Shown here in pieces: positions 47,401-60,708 of a stretch of DNA of 64,000 nt. Every line of letters starts with the position of its first letter. The first letter of the stretch is position 1. Origin of the DNA: Phallusia mammillata (lineage: Eukaryota); the NCBI GenBank assembly GCA_965637545.1, contig OZ281495.1:21886001-21950000 (forward strand). Reading direction: 5' to 3'. The position numbers and the translations under genes were made by a program. A model generated the notes under the pieces. It had not been told where the DNA came from. It was given only the letters and a program-made list of their open reading frames with translations, and did no database searches.

Positions 47401-50400
47401 ACGTCAGGCATGTCAAGATTGAAAGACATCAGATCCTCAAGTATTCCCGTTTTGTGAAAAAGAAGCTTACTTGTATTGTTCTGCCAAATCGTACACTAAA
47501 AAATAATTTATTATTTGTTAAATTAAAAAAAAAACTTATTTATCGCAATGTGTTATATATTATTAATTATTATTAATTGTTTTGTTATTATTTGATTCTG
47601 GTAATCAATCACATCTTACTGCTATGTCGGTAACGATTTTTACTTTTTATATGTTTAGCAAATCTAAATTATGAAAAGGTTAATTTCCTTTAGCACAATT
47701 TTAAGTTAAAAAAATTATTTAAGTTAAAAATTACTGAAAAATATTTTTCACAATAATCTAAATAATTTGGTTGCAATTTGTGTGCATTTTAAACGATTTT
47801 TACCTCAACTGGATTGCTTTCTGGGAAAGTGTAATCGTACTCCGATTCTGTTTCTGTTTCATCATACATCTCACTTTCCAAAACATCGCAGCGAAGTACA
47901 AATGGCCAATTGAGATGAGCATTTACTGTCATAACTGGTTTACGTTTACAAGACGCACTGAAAACATCCACAGTCTCTTGCACCAAATCTATTGTGGAGT
48001 TTAAAACATCCCTTACACCCCACCCCCAACTAAACATGATCGCATAACGTCCAAAGTCTTCCTCTCGAACATTGCTGTGAAAAAAATATACATATATTTG
48101 TTTGATCCTCCTTTCTACAGTTGCATATTTATTTTAGGGGCCTTTTAATATCGCTTCAATGCCTATTATATTTCTAATTTGTGGTAATGCTCAATTTATG
48201 TATTTTCTTTCAAAAATCAATGTTTAAAAGAAATATAACTTGCATTGAAATCCCCTCCCACCACAACACCATATTTTATATCTGTTTTTGTTTACATCAA
48301 CAACCTTTCGGAAAACCGTTGTTAAAAACAAATTGGAAGAGTTCGACCGGAATAGTCAATTTTCTCAAAGAATTTTTACATAAATTGCAAGAATATCACC
48401 ATAGATGTCGTTATTAATAACACCATGAAATAGTAAGTAACTATGCAGGTAACATACAAACTTACTTAAAAGTTAACGAGGTTTGAAATACTCCGGTCGT
48501 CGGATTTCGCTCGGTTCCTTTGGGAACATAACTGTAGCAAGGCTCTTCTGGTATACCTGACCTGTGAGGAGCCAAACCACCGTAAGGATTTTTGCTTGCA
48601 TAAGAATAAGCCTAATACTTACGCTTTACAGGAGATGTTACCGTGGATCTGTTTTGAAGGCTCGCTGGACAAGCGTGTGGCGCACTCTAATGTCTGGTTG
48701 TTTGCTGGTATCTTTTTGCAAAACAGACCGTAAAGCATTGTTAAGAACTAATAAGCAACAAAAACCAAACACGCCCAGTACCTTTTTCCACACCACAGAT
48801 CTTGGTCGGAAACGAAACATTTTGGCATCACCGCTGCAGTTCAATGTAACACTGAAACCGACTTTTGCATGTACAATACGTTTGGAGCATTTAATTTTTT
48901 TCAACTCTCGTGAAAAAGATTGAGGTCCTGAAAAAATGTAAGCATGATTACGTTGAAACTTATCTTTAAGACAAATTTCTAACTTACGTTTAACGCAAAC
49001 GGGGTAGTGTGTCAAGTACTGCGTCTGTCCGTTGTGTGTCACAGCGCAGGTGTAAACTCCCGGATGTTCAAACGTTACATTGGCCAAGTTAAACTACAAA
49101 TATACGGAGCGGTAAAAAACTGGAAGCTATTTTCGTAAAAAATGTACCTACCGTTGGTTTGTTTGATCCTGTCATCATTCCGTAACTCTTGTTACTTAAC
49201 ACCGAGCAATTCTTCAACCATGAGACTTGAAAATTGCTTACGTACCCTCCATCATGCAAGTGCGGTTGCTTTCCTGTCATATAAATGTTTCGAAACAAAG
49301 TGGTTTATTAAAAGAATTTTTTTTTTTTTAACAAAATGGTATTAGTAAACAAGATGCTTTCCACAATTACATACTGTCGTAATTATTTACCGTTACATAA
49401 AAATCTGTATTTATTTCCGAGGATCAACGAATTGATGCTAGTGTTGGCTGCACGGTAAGTCGCCTCTTCGCAAGTTTGTTGCGGTAAATTTGTCGCGTTG
49501 ACAAAAATAGGCTGTGTCCAACAATCTGACGATGTCTAAACGAAAATAGGTGTTTGGAAATGGTTGTATTGAAAAATGAGTATTTCTGTGCATATTACAG
49601 AAATCAATATTACCCACCTTTACAACTACCAGAAAGTGTCGGGGCGAGCCGCTTTCAATATCGGGCATGTCCAAGTTTAAATCTGATAAAGTGTCCATTG
49701 TGCTTTTTTTGTACATGAGCAGTTCACCTGTACGATTCTTCCAGATCATACACTGCAAAAAATGGAACGCCTTAACGCCAATTTCGTCACCCTGTCAGCA
49801 CTATGTTGTATAGTCAACTCTTTTTTTCCGGAATCTTTTTCATCAGACAGTACAAATAATTTTGTCAAACTTCTAATCACCTCTACTGCGGTATCTTCTG
49901 CATAAGTGTATTCATATGATTCATAAAACGAGTTGTACATTACATCTTCTAAAACATTGCATCGGAAAGTAAACGGCCAGTTCATATACGCATTCAACGT
50001 TATTGCTGGTTTTGGTTGGCATTCTTCATTGATTTTCTTGAATTCTGTTACCAAAGGATTGTTTTTAAAATACAAAAACCAGTAACATTTGTTTTTACCC
50101 GTAAAGTTTATATAAGTGAGATAAGTTAAATACATTTCGGTTGGTGAAAGAACACAAAGAGACACACTTGGACTGGCATAATCACGTTAAAATGTTATGC
50201 AACAAAACCATAGCACGTAAATTGGATAATGACGAAACACGCTCAACCGTATACAGTTCTCACCCAAATCAGCGTTCCGCAAAACCACCGAGTTTGACAA
50301 CGTTGCGACATCGCCCGACGAACTTTTTAACCGAAGTTCATAACTTCCAAAATCTTGTTCTCGAACGGATCTGAAGATTGGGGAATATTATAGTTTTTGT

Positions 50401-53400
50401 TTTTGTGAAATTCAGAAAAGTACCTGTAAGTTTAAACAACGCTTTTCAACAACTATTGTAATGGGGTTAGTCACAAGCAAACAGGTCGAGGTGTTTGTAA
50501 AATAGTTAATCAGGTAATGAAATGCAAATAACGTATTATTTTATTCTTTAGCCTTTTGGAAACATGTCTAAAATTTGCGCTTTAAGTTGTTGATTTCGTG
50601 TAAGTTCAACTTTAACAAACACATTGTGTAACAAAACACTTGAACAGCCTGGTTCTTTTTGCTAACATTTTACTTAATATCGTCTGGGGAAACGTTTTTT
50701 GCAAGTTTCCTGTCATACTGTAACCGTCACAATGTACTTACGAAGTTGAAAGTGTCATTTTCCGTTGATCTACGGCCAGAAATCCGTCTTTCGCCGCATT
50801 GTACATGACACAGGTGCTTACAGTGACACTGCAGATAAGAAATCGCTCTTTATTGACAACAAAATAAATTTCCGTTTTTAGGCCCAAGGCGCTGCTAAAG
50901 AGTTTATGACGTGGTATGGAAACTTTCCCGTAACGCGACACAAAATCGGATATTTGTTGTAAATATTGTGGTGAACGTGGCGTCTGAGCCGATTTGCTCA
51001 ATATTCTCATAACTTGGAAAAGTCTGTATGTTTTTTTTACCCCAAACCACGTCTGAACTAACCCTTTTTTCCTTAAAACTGGTACTGATGCACATAGTAC
51101 TGATTGGAAACAAATTTGTGAAAAACATTTTGTTTAACTCTTAATTTCACAATTTTCTTCCGAAATGTAGACGGCCACACGCTTATCGAGAATGCCTTGA
51201 CGTAAATTACACACCTTTCACACGTAATATTTTCTTGTAATCCTGTTCCGGATCGAGTTAAATCGAAATTTTCACATATAGATGCCGAACTGAAGTTGTT
51301 CTGCAAAAGAAAGTCAAACCAGGAAGGTTAGTGAAGTGGCAGCATCTCACCCTTCAATAGACAACACGATTATTGACGATCGCTTATTTATAAATTACTG
51401 AATATGGAAACTCATTTTCAACAAAAATAAAGACTGCAGAAATGCAAAAATTGTGTGCCAAAAAAATTATGGCATTGTCAAATCCGTATTCAAAGGAAAT
51501 CAAAATACAATTACAAATCGAAATTTAGTAAGGTTGTCGATAGTACAGACAAGTGACGTTGGTCGTTCTACCATGGAAAATGCAAAGCGCAACCAAACTT
51601 TAAGACTTTAGGCGATTTTACTTTATTACAAGAATATATAACGCAGTGAAAAGATGACAATTGATTTATAAACTCAACTAAATCCTGACACTCACTTTAT
51701 TCCATGAAGCGTGCAAAGTCGACAGCGACGATCTTTCCATTGTGAACAAGCAATCGATTTGAGCCGATTTTCCCACGTTTGCTAAAACGACATCACTGTC
51801 GCAGCTCAAAAGAGGTAAATTTACTCCTGTGCAGAAAATAAAAAGTTGTATGTAGAGTCCTACTATGTGACAATAAAACTGCATCCTGTCATCACAACAT
51901 ATACGCAGAAAGTATATTTTTTCCGCAAACATATAATTGACGGTGCGGATTGAGCTTACTTTTTCAAAAAAATGTTTGGGGTGTTTCCATGTTACAAGTT
52001 ACACTAGACGTAAGAGACCATAACCTGAGGTGCTTGAACTCGTTATTTCTCCGAATCCTACTACTTTGAGGTTAACTGTTTATCCCAAGGCCAGCCAAGT
52101 TCACGCATTTAGGCTACGAAGTTAACAATTTAAGTTGCGTGGCACGCCAGGCGGTTATTTTCGGTCGACCACGCCAAATGACTCGGCGCAGCCTGGCGGG
52201 GTTTTACCCAAATCGATGCTTATTAAGATTCCTCGATAAAAATTGACAGGCCCTGTGGGCACAACGCTGTATCCGAACAGTTGCGCAGTGTTTTCCACGG
52301 TTTTCACTGATTTAAGTGCTTCTGCCCACCGATGTCAACTATTTCCGACAAAGTTGCCGCGTTTCTCTACAGACGACTGCGGCCCACCGTCATACCTCAT
52401 CCGTATCGCGCTGCGCTTATAATTAACCATGTTGGCGAGGCGATCATCCAGCTTAAGAACGCGGGAACTCCCGACCCGAATCAGCAAAGCTTGGAAACGA
52501 GCGCTCTCAGCAAAACATATTCCCGCTACTCCGGAAGATTTGAAACGCAATGCCGCCATATTTCTACTCGGGTATTTTTCACACTGCGAAACTACCATCG
52601 CTTCGCCTCCGATAAAATTAGTCTAATTGCCGGTAGTTTTGATGATTCAGGAACCTTTGAAATTAAAAAGGGAAGAGGAAGATTTTGTTGGACTATATTT
52701 ATGTGTATTAGTCATCGGAGTAACGGCTTGTAGAACAGGTAGGTAAAGGGATTTTGGAGAAGGGATTGTTTGCACCGGCAAGTATGCAACAGCTGTGCCA
52801 TAATGGTAAATTCAGGTACTTTGCTTTAATGTCAGAATTGCAAGTGTACGCCCACGTCTTCTGAATGTTAATTCATGCTGAACCTTTGCTAAGTCATGTT
52901 TGTTTGAAATATTTGCTGCATAGCATAAAAAAAGTGTGTTTTATTGGGAAAACATTGAAAGCAAAATATAAAAATATTGCCAAACATGAAAAAAATTACC
53001 AACCGTTTTTGCACAACTTGTAGCTTCCTGCATACGTCGTTATTTCCTTATGAGTTACAGCGCAACTGTATTCCGAATCCAAATCACTTTTCTAGAAAAA
53101 AAACACGAACGGCTTATATGCTGTCAAACATAAAATGACGGTGAATGTTACCTGACGAGACAAAGGTGTTTGAATGCCGCTAAAAACGGACTGGGAGCAA
53201 TTTCGAAGCCACGATACTTCCAAGTCCAAATCACTTGCAAGAGAATGTGTATCTGCAAAAGATGGTATATTTTTGCTAGAAGTGATATTACATGTTTATG
53301 TGTGAGAAGTTTTTAGAATATGGCACAAAATCTCCGGCTTACCAAAGCAAACATTTTCCCACATGGAAGGTGTTTTGGATTTGGGTTTGCAAGTCTCAGC

Positions 53401-56400
53401 TCGAAACAATTTGGTGAGATGAAGCCGACGAGCCCAGCAATGCGACCCAATCTATAAATCGAACACATTTTCAGATCAACTTAATAACTTGTAATGCTCT
53501 GGTATACCTTTGTAACAGAGATGAAGTTTGTCGGTGAATCGGATCGCAAAACGTCTGTGTGGTAAAGTGTAAATGCATTAGCATTGGATGTGGAAAGAAC
53601 TTGCGTCGTATTTAACAGAACTTGTCCATTCTCAGCGTCGAAGATAAGGCACTAAAAAATAAATGGAAATGTTGACTTCTTTGTTTATTCATAGCAATGT
53701 AAACTTAAACTTTTTTTGAATGATATAGTCTTAGAAAGTTATGGCTTTCTCTAAACACATGGTTAAAACGTTACCTCAAAGTGATCTGTATTGGTACTCT
53801 GGGCTGGTGGTGTAAGACTATTGCAGGATACGATGAATGGAAAACCGTCAATAATGTCATAGGTCTCCGACGGAACGTTCGTGCAATTTGTTATCATTTT
53901 CTTGAGTTCTAAAACACACTTACTTGGTCCTAATGCGGATATATTTCTTAGCTTTGATTCAATTTTTACTTCCTTCGATATTGAACCAACAATTACCTTG
54001 TAGAAGTGATCAACTTCAAAATAATTAATAAACAGCTACACTTACCAACATCATCATATCTCTGGAGCGACACTGTTGCAGTAAAGTTGTTTCCGTTTGA
54101 AAACTGTATTTTTACGTTGTAGTCGCCATAGTCCACATCTTCAACATTTCTGCGTTTAAAATTGCATTCGTAAAACGGTTGATGTTATGCATCAGGTTGC
54201 GATTTTTTGCATAATGTGGCGCAACAGGGAAATTCCAAACGGAAACACATTAGTGTCGATCGGCATTGGTAGGATTCGATTCAGAAACATTGTGGTAACA
54301 CTTCAACGTCGTTTTTTTATTGCATTTAGAAATTTGACCTTTCGAATAACATGCGGAAAACAAATGCATTTTTTTCCTACCTAAAAAATAAGTCGAAGTC
54401 AATATTCATCGTGTTGTTGATGGTTTGGTCTGAAGTTGTGCTGGATTGATGACAAGTCTCGACTTTGGTTGTGCTGGTAAAAGAATAATGTAAAAACACG
54501 ATGTGTTTGTGCAACAAAGCAGAGCAGAAACGAAGACACATGGGTTTGATGTGAAGATGACAAACCAAAGTTTAACTGTGTGACATTATACGACAATCTA
54601 CATAAATAAATAATGGTAGTTTTCCTTTCTATTTGCTAAAGAGAAACATACATTTAGATCCAATTAGTTAACCACAAAAAGCATTTAATTCTGGGGTAAG
54701 GTTTTTATAAATGTAGATGCATTGGAATATCTGTTCTAAATATTCTTGTATATAGCTTGTTTGTAGCTCGCTCTTTGTTTGTGTTGAAGTTTGTGTTTAA
54801 TTTGATACAGTACTCCGTTACAGCACTTTGCATAAAAAACTCGTCCACGTTATTTTTAGCGTCGCAAGCCACAGCTATTCACATGAAGAACCGGTGTAGT
54901 TTGTTACTCACGCTTGGCATGAAACCGCGCTGTTCGTCACTGAGTGGTTGCTTTGCGACGGAAAGTTGGTGGTGCATTTCGTAATTGGCGAGACTCCACT
55001 TGAAACCTATACAAAATGCCGCAAATTTGCATCAACCGGCCACAGGAATGGTCCAAAACGTTTATGTCGTCTTGGAAAGAACTAATTTAGAAGCGAGGCC
55101 TATTGAGATAATGCGATATCCGCTCAAACTAGCAATTATTATTGCCAAAACTGTTTTTATTGTTTTATTTCTAAATTTAACAACGAAATGACTAAGCAAA
55201 TTTCGGAGGAATAAACGACGTTTGCGGAATCCTGGGAGTAATAGTTCGAGAATGTGTAGTTGCAATACCTTGGTCCACGTAACGAGAGCTACGGATGGAT
55301 CAGGAATGTCTCTTCCAACTTCGACAGAGCATTGCAGACTTGCATTCCTACCAACTTTTGACCTTACAATTGAATTTGGGCACGAAATAGATGTAGCTGC
55401 AAGTTGACTTTTTGCTGAAAATGTTGACCAAATATGTTTTAAACTTGACCATATTATGTACTTTTAAGAATTATTACTACATTTGTTAAGGTGTGAAAAC
55501 CTGTTGCAGTTTGAAGTCGCGGGTAAATAGTAAATTTAAAAAAATTAAACCAATATATTTATTTATATTTTAAACTTTTTAAATGATAGTTTACTGCAAT
55601 AATCTATTTTTTATTTCTGCCCACTATATATATTTTTTGTTACTTTTTTAAAACATGGTTTAAAGTGATTTCGAGGTTTGGAAAAATGGCCACCGTCGAG
55701 ATCAGGCCAAGCAGCGGCAATGCGCATTACAAGTAATAGAATTTAAAAACCGATTATGCGAGTCTCGACTGAAGCTCTGGAGTTTTCCACTGCCTTTTGG
55801 AGGGTGTGTCAATAGAGGAATTTGACGGCAAAAGTACCCGTAATCATTCCGTGACCATTGGCATTGTGCCTTTAACACCGATGCTTGTTTTAGTTTGGTA
55901 ATTATATGCGCAAAGTGGTACGCAATCGAAAGGAATCAGGCTCATTAACTTGATGGAAATGCCCCGTTATTACACGGATATGGTATGCAAATCACTAAAC
56001 CGGGTGATAGCCTTTGTATCAAAAACACTTTTGTAAAGCAAAATATCTGGCTTCCTGCAAAAATGGTCTTTCTAGCGATGTTTATTAAACATAGTAAAAA
56101 TATAATATTGCTTGAATCGACGATACTCCCAATACGTTCAATAAACCAACAGGTATATAGTGTTTCAAAAACAATAAAATATTAACTATGTTTTTCAAAA
56201 AAGGACAACTTTTATACCCATTCTAAGATATGTGTATTCTCTGTTGAACTTATTCCCGGCACCATGAAACTTACCTCGAATGCACACTCGAAATTTGGAT
56301 AAATATTGGATTTGTCCATTGTATTCAACAGCACAAGTGTAAACACCTGCGTGAGTTGGGGAGGCTGCGGGAATCATCAGCTGTAAAAATAAAGTTTTTT

Positions 56401-57142
56401 TTAACCTTGTTTCTATGCCAATGCTATTAGCCAGCTTTTTGCAAGCAAACTACATTGACAACCTGTTTGTTACTGTGTCTTACATCGGAATTGTTGGTTT
56501 GAAATGTTGCGGTTTGAATCATTGAACATCCAAGCAGCCAGGAAACCTGTATTTCTCCCTTGTTCACTGTCATTCCTTTGGGAACTAAACGTAATTATAA
56601 AGGTCATCAGACAGGTCATTGGTTGATTATATAACGATTAAAATTATTTCAAGGTGGAATTATGCGTTTTTGTTGCCAGTTTTCGCAACAGAATTAAACA
56701 GTTTGTTTGACGAACGTACTTTCACATTCCAGCTTTATTTGGTTTCCGACGATAAATTCCTTTGAAACGATGGTGTTCACTTGTTCGCACGAGGTCGGAT
56801 TTTGCTGTTTTACAACTTGAATTTGCAACTCCTTAATGCTACAAGATTGTTTCTTGTCCTGGAAAGGTTGTAATTTTGCAATTGCTGCTGTTTGGGCAAG
56901 TTTTTAAAAGCCTTTATTTCTTTAAGCCGTGCACTTACCAAGACAGTCATTAACATGTCGAAACTTTGGTTGACTTGCTTGAAATAAAACGTCGGCACTT
57001 CTGTGTGGTTTACCAGAACATAGTGTGATTTGGCATGAGACAGCGTGCACTGCAAAAGCAACAAAATTATGTTCCACTTACACAAAAACTTAAACCTTTG
57101 GCAATGTTTAAAATCTAAAACAGTGCGCCATAACCTGACCAT
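44469..57142 (-). CDS. Type I membrane protein with about 11-12 Ig-like domains in four repeated triplets (IL-1-receptor-ectodomain-like), short cytoplasmic tail, no TIR
   Basis: Signal-like WNIILLLLQCTLSHA; recurring exons VSWLLGC/VSWLRNC/VSWLKNC/VTWLRNC; GVYTCAVEY/SEYSCAVTH/GVYTCAVTH/GIYTCAVTH; VGxxxxxxC...WxK; NVEDVDYGDY/SVREQDFGSY/NVREEDFGRY/DVHEDDFASY; TM VIASCIAVVGLLIIAAVGFVAY and ~33-aa tail. Some small exons (about 54.2-54.6 kb, 48.5-48.7 kb, 44.9-45.0 kb) were not fully resolved. Confidence 0.75.
45784..46133. mobile_element. hAT-type MITE in an Ig-gene intron
   Basis: 14-bp TIR CAGGGGTGTCCAAC / GTTGGACACCCCTG; perfect TSD GTTTAGAG; CGTGCCA subterminal repeats. Confidence 0.92.
46325..46727. 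mobile_element. Second hAT-type MITE in the same intron
   Basis: Imperfect TIR CAATGGTTACCGAAC / GTTTGGGAACCGCTG; perfect TSD CTCTAACA. Confidence 0.85.
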
Positions 57143-60100
57143 TTCTGCTACGTAGAGTCGATCGTTTCACAAAATTTAATTTACGATTCTGGATTCACGG
57201 CTTAGACAAGTACAGTAAATTTCGAACAATAAACATTATATTTGTAATAAAAAACTCAATTGAGAAGGCTGCAAGTACGCTCCAACGTGTCTTGCTCGAG
57301 TGGGCTATACTTTTTACCCGCAAAAAACACATGTACTTCATACCACAAGCACCTCCTATAAAACGTATTTTTTACGAAATGTGGCAATTCGTGATTTGCA
57401 AAAAAATTCTCGAGTTAGCCCGCACTAATTTCGTCACGTCTACGTGTTGTTTATCACTCCCCGTGAAATTTCGCCGTCCAGAATTATGTCAAAATTATAA
57501 GTTGGGCTATTGCGTCGCGTTAGATCACCTACGGAATAGGTCGAAAAGATACAAAGTTAGTTTAAGTTGTCACGTAATACGTGTTCTATTATTGAGCAAA
57601 AATGATTCACCTGAGAGGCCGCCCGATCGTCATAGTTTGTCGGCAGGACGCATTGTACGGCCAACGGCCAGCCGGCTTGAACTTGAATAACCTCACCTTC
57701 CGTCACTGTGCAGTTCGTATGGTTGCTTTCCGGATATAAATCTTTCCAACATTTTTAAAAATATGTTTTATTTTTCAAATAAAATATATCAATATAAAAC
57801 ACGGCCCAATTTTTTTTTTTTTTAAAGAATTCAAAATGTTTGTGTGCATTGCAAACCAAAATTTCATGGGAATAACATTAAATGTTTATAAAATATAAGT
57901 TTGTTTGAAATTGCTTCAAGGACAACGCATTATATTTAAAGCATGTTTAAGTGGTAGTCGTTGTAATAGAATTTCGCTCAAAAAGTTTTTCGAATGAAAA
58001 TTTTTGATACGAAACAGTTTTAACAAGCGTTTCCTTTTTTGGCCACATAACCTATCATAACTATACCTTGATCAACCAATGTCGGTTGCTCTGATAACGT
58101 CTGCCTTGCGGCAACTGACATAATCAAAATGAAAAGACATGAGACAATCATTGCACAGTTTTAGTCCAAACACAGCAGATTAGAAACTATGTTGAAAAAA
58201 AAAAAAAAAATTAACCTAAGCAACAGTTTAGGAATATATTCAACACATTTTATTGCATACATAAATACTAGTATGGTTATTGTTACCACCAATGCTGTTT
58301 TGCAATATTTTTGATTTTTTGCGGGTTTATCTACCACACAATCTAAATTTTCCTGCCTTTAGTCCTCGATTTTCTTAAATTCTGGAATTTACGGGCGGCT
58401 TACAATTTTTCTATACTACACTGGCGATCAAAATTTGTGCTATGTGAGTTGTTATGTATTGCTATCAGCAGCTAACTTTCGCTACGCTTGTTTTTGTTCT
58501 ATCGACTTTTCGGCACAACAAAATGGTACTACGTGTCCGCACCGTGATATTAGTCGGGGCAGGCGACACGAAAGCTCAGGTACTTTCCGCGGTTATTGGC
58601 GCTGTTATCAACAAGGCTCAAATCGATGACCTCTGCTAATCTGCGATTCCATGTAAAAAGAAGCAAAACGAGACCAGGCTCTTTGCTCCCTTCGCCAAGC
58701 GTCTCTAGCACGGTGTTCGTCGCGAGCTCGAATCTCTTGCTTTTAAACGCCACGAGCATCGTGTTTCGACTCATTTTATATGACGTCGCGGCCCAATATG
58801 GGTAATTCCATTTTCGGGCGCTCGCTTATGTATCATGCGTTTGCAGCGGGACGTCACGCTCGCTTTCGTTCCATTACCCAAAGTGACTCAGCTGATCTAA
58901 CCTCCATCCGTCCTTTTAGTTGTAAATCTGCAAGAACGGATGTATTTCATCCGTACTGACTAACAATGCGCTCGAAACCACCCGGTTCTTTCACTGCAAG
59001 TTGTTGACATGTAACTTAGAACAGACAATGCATTTGGACCGCATGAAAAATTTGCTATGACTCTATGACTATGAAGTTTCCAACCACATTGAACGTAAAT
59101 TCCACAGCTGCACTGGGATTTTTCACCGATGTGGTTCTGTATATCAGGTCACTGCACGGCGACTGGGTTAAAATGTAACACCGTAAATTATTTGCCAAAT
59201 TGGACTGAATGGTTCCGGGACAAACAACATCTTGGCTACCAATAAAAACACGGTGCACTAATAAACGTGTTCAGATACATGCAAATACGAAGGTTAGGGA
59301 AATATCCTCATGGGATTTTATGACATGCACAAATTCGTTTATGAAAGGTTGCCAATCTGTCGATTCATGCGGGCTCCAAATCAAACTTATTTTTGAAAAA
59401 TAGTTCAAATAGAATCAAACGGTTTTACCAACATGAAAATAAGCATCACTTTTTAAGAAATCCTCAATCAAGCAACAAATGACTAAATTCTCGACCATCT
59501 CACCAAACCACTGCATGTATGTAATGTAAACCAAAGGTGCGTAGAAATAACTTTAAAGTAAGCTTCTTAATACACTTTATGTACATTGTTGTGCTTAATC
59601 GAAATTTATAGATGTCCTTGATTCAACATTTTCTAAAGAAAACATATAGGCCTAACGGCGGCGATTTGCTGTTTTAAGGAAATCACGTTTGGTTTGACGG
59701 GAAGTTTCCGTATAGTTACGAGTTCCCGGATTGATTTACTACAACCCGCAATGTACGTGAATTCCACTGATCAGATAGAATGTAAGCATACAAGCAGATG
59801 CTATGCGTAGTTTTTTTGCATTTGTGTATACTGCCAATTCAAAATTTACGCGGAAGTATAAACGGGGGTTTATTTGCGTCTTCTTTATCAACAATAAAGT
59901 CGATCAATAGTTATGTAACCAGCAACAAATATTTCAATTCAATTTAAAATTGCATTTGGCAAGCCGCTTCTTTTTTATTGAGGTTGTAATATTATTGTTT
60001 CAATTGTTGTCAGTTTTTTGGGTCTTCGTATTAAAACATTTTGTCATATGACAGTAAAAAAAAAACTTTTTAAAATATTTTACTCGGCTTGGCCCACGGC

Positions 60101-60634
60101 AGTTTTGAAAAAAAAATCCTCTTAGGAGTATCAGGATTTTGGTGCTTAAACTTGATTACTTGGAGTAAGGTTTTTTACACTAAATAATAAAATTGTAAAA
60201 AATGTAACTTGATGTATTTGTATGCCCGAAACTTACCAAACACTGTGAGGGGCGATAGTGCCAAGGTAAAGAGGCCCTGCCTTGAGATTCTTTAACCTAA
60301 AATGTTGTCGAAGATTTGGAGGTCAACGAAGCAAATTATTTTTAACCCTAGGCTTGAAGCAGTTTGATGCGCTTCAACTCGCTCTAGCGTAAAGTAGAAA
60401 TATAATTTTCGTGTTTCTTGGCCGCTCATAGGCGCTGTTGTTGTATCTGAAAGGGAGCAGATAGTTGGCCTGTTGGTCCGATGCGCCTTACCTAAACCCA
60501 AACAAAAAAAACACGGTTGGGATCTTGCCTTGAGAGCGTTCTGAGTTCGAACCCCGTGACAAAAAGTGGGCAGGAACTGGGCAGACCTTATACACATATA
60601 AAAACCCAATCGGGACTTGGATAAATTATCCAAG

Positions 60635-60708
60635 TGCATGATTTTTCGATACCATTGGGTGTTATTAATTATAATTAATAACACCCAATGGTATCGAAAA
60701 ATCATGCA
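60635..60708. repeat. Perfect 74-bp palindrome with no spacer
   Basis: TGCATGATTTTTCGATACCATTGGGTGTTATTAATTA followed directly by its reverse complement TAATTAATAACACCCAATGGTATCGAAAAATCATGCA. Confidence 0.95.

Noticed and set aside
50140-50320. Separate gene start (MSQRCQTRWF...) for the last two Ig triplets
   Set aside because: Another frame of the same block gives SVREQDFGSY..., an internal Ig exon with proper acceptor and donor, favouring one continuous gene
58435-58930. Cluster of short ORFs in a GC-richer block
   Set aside because: No recognisable protein motif or consistent exon chain
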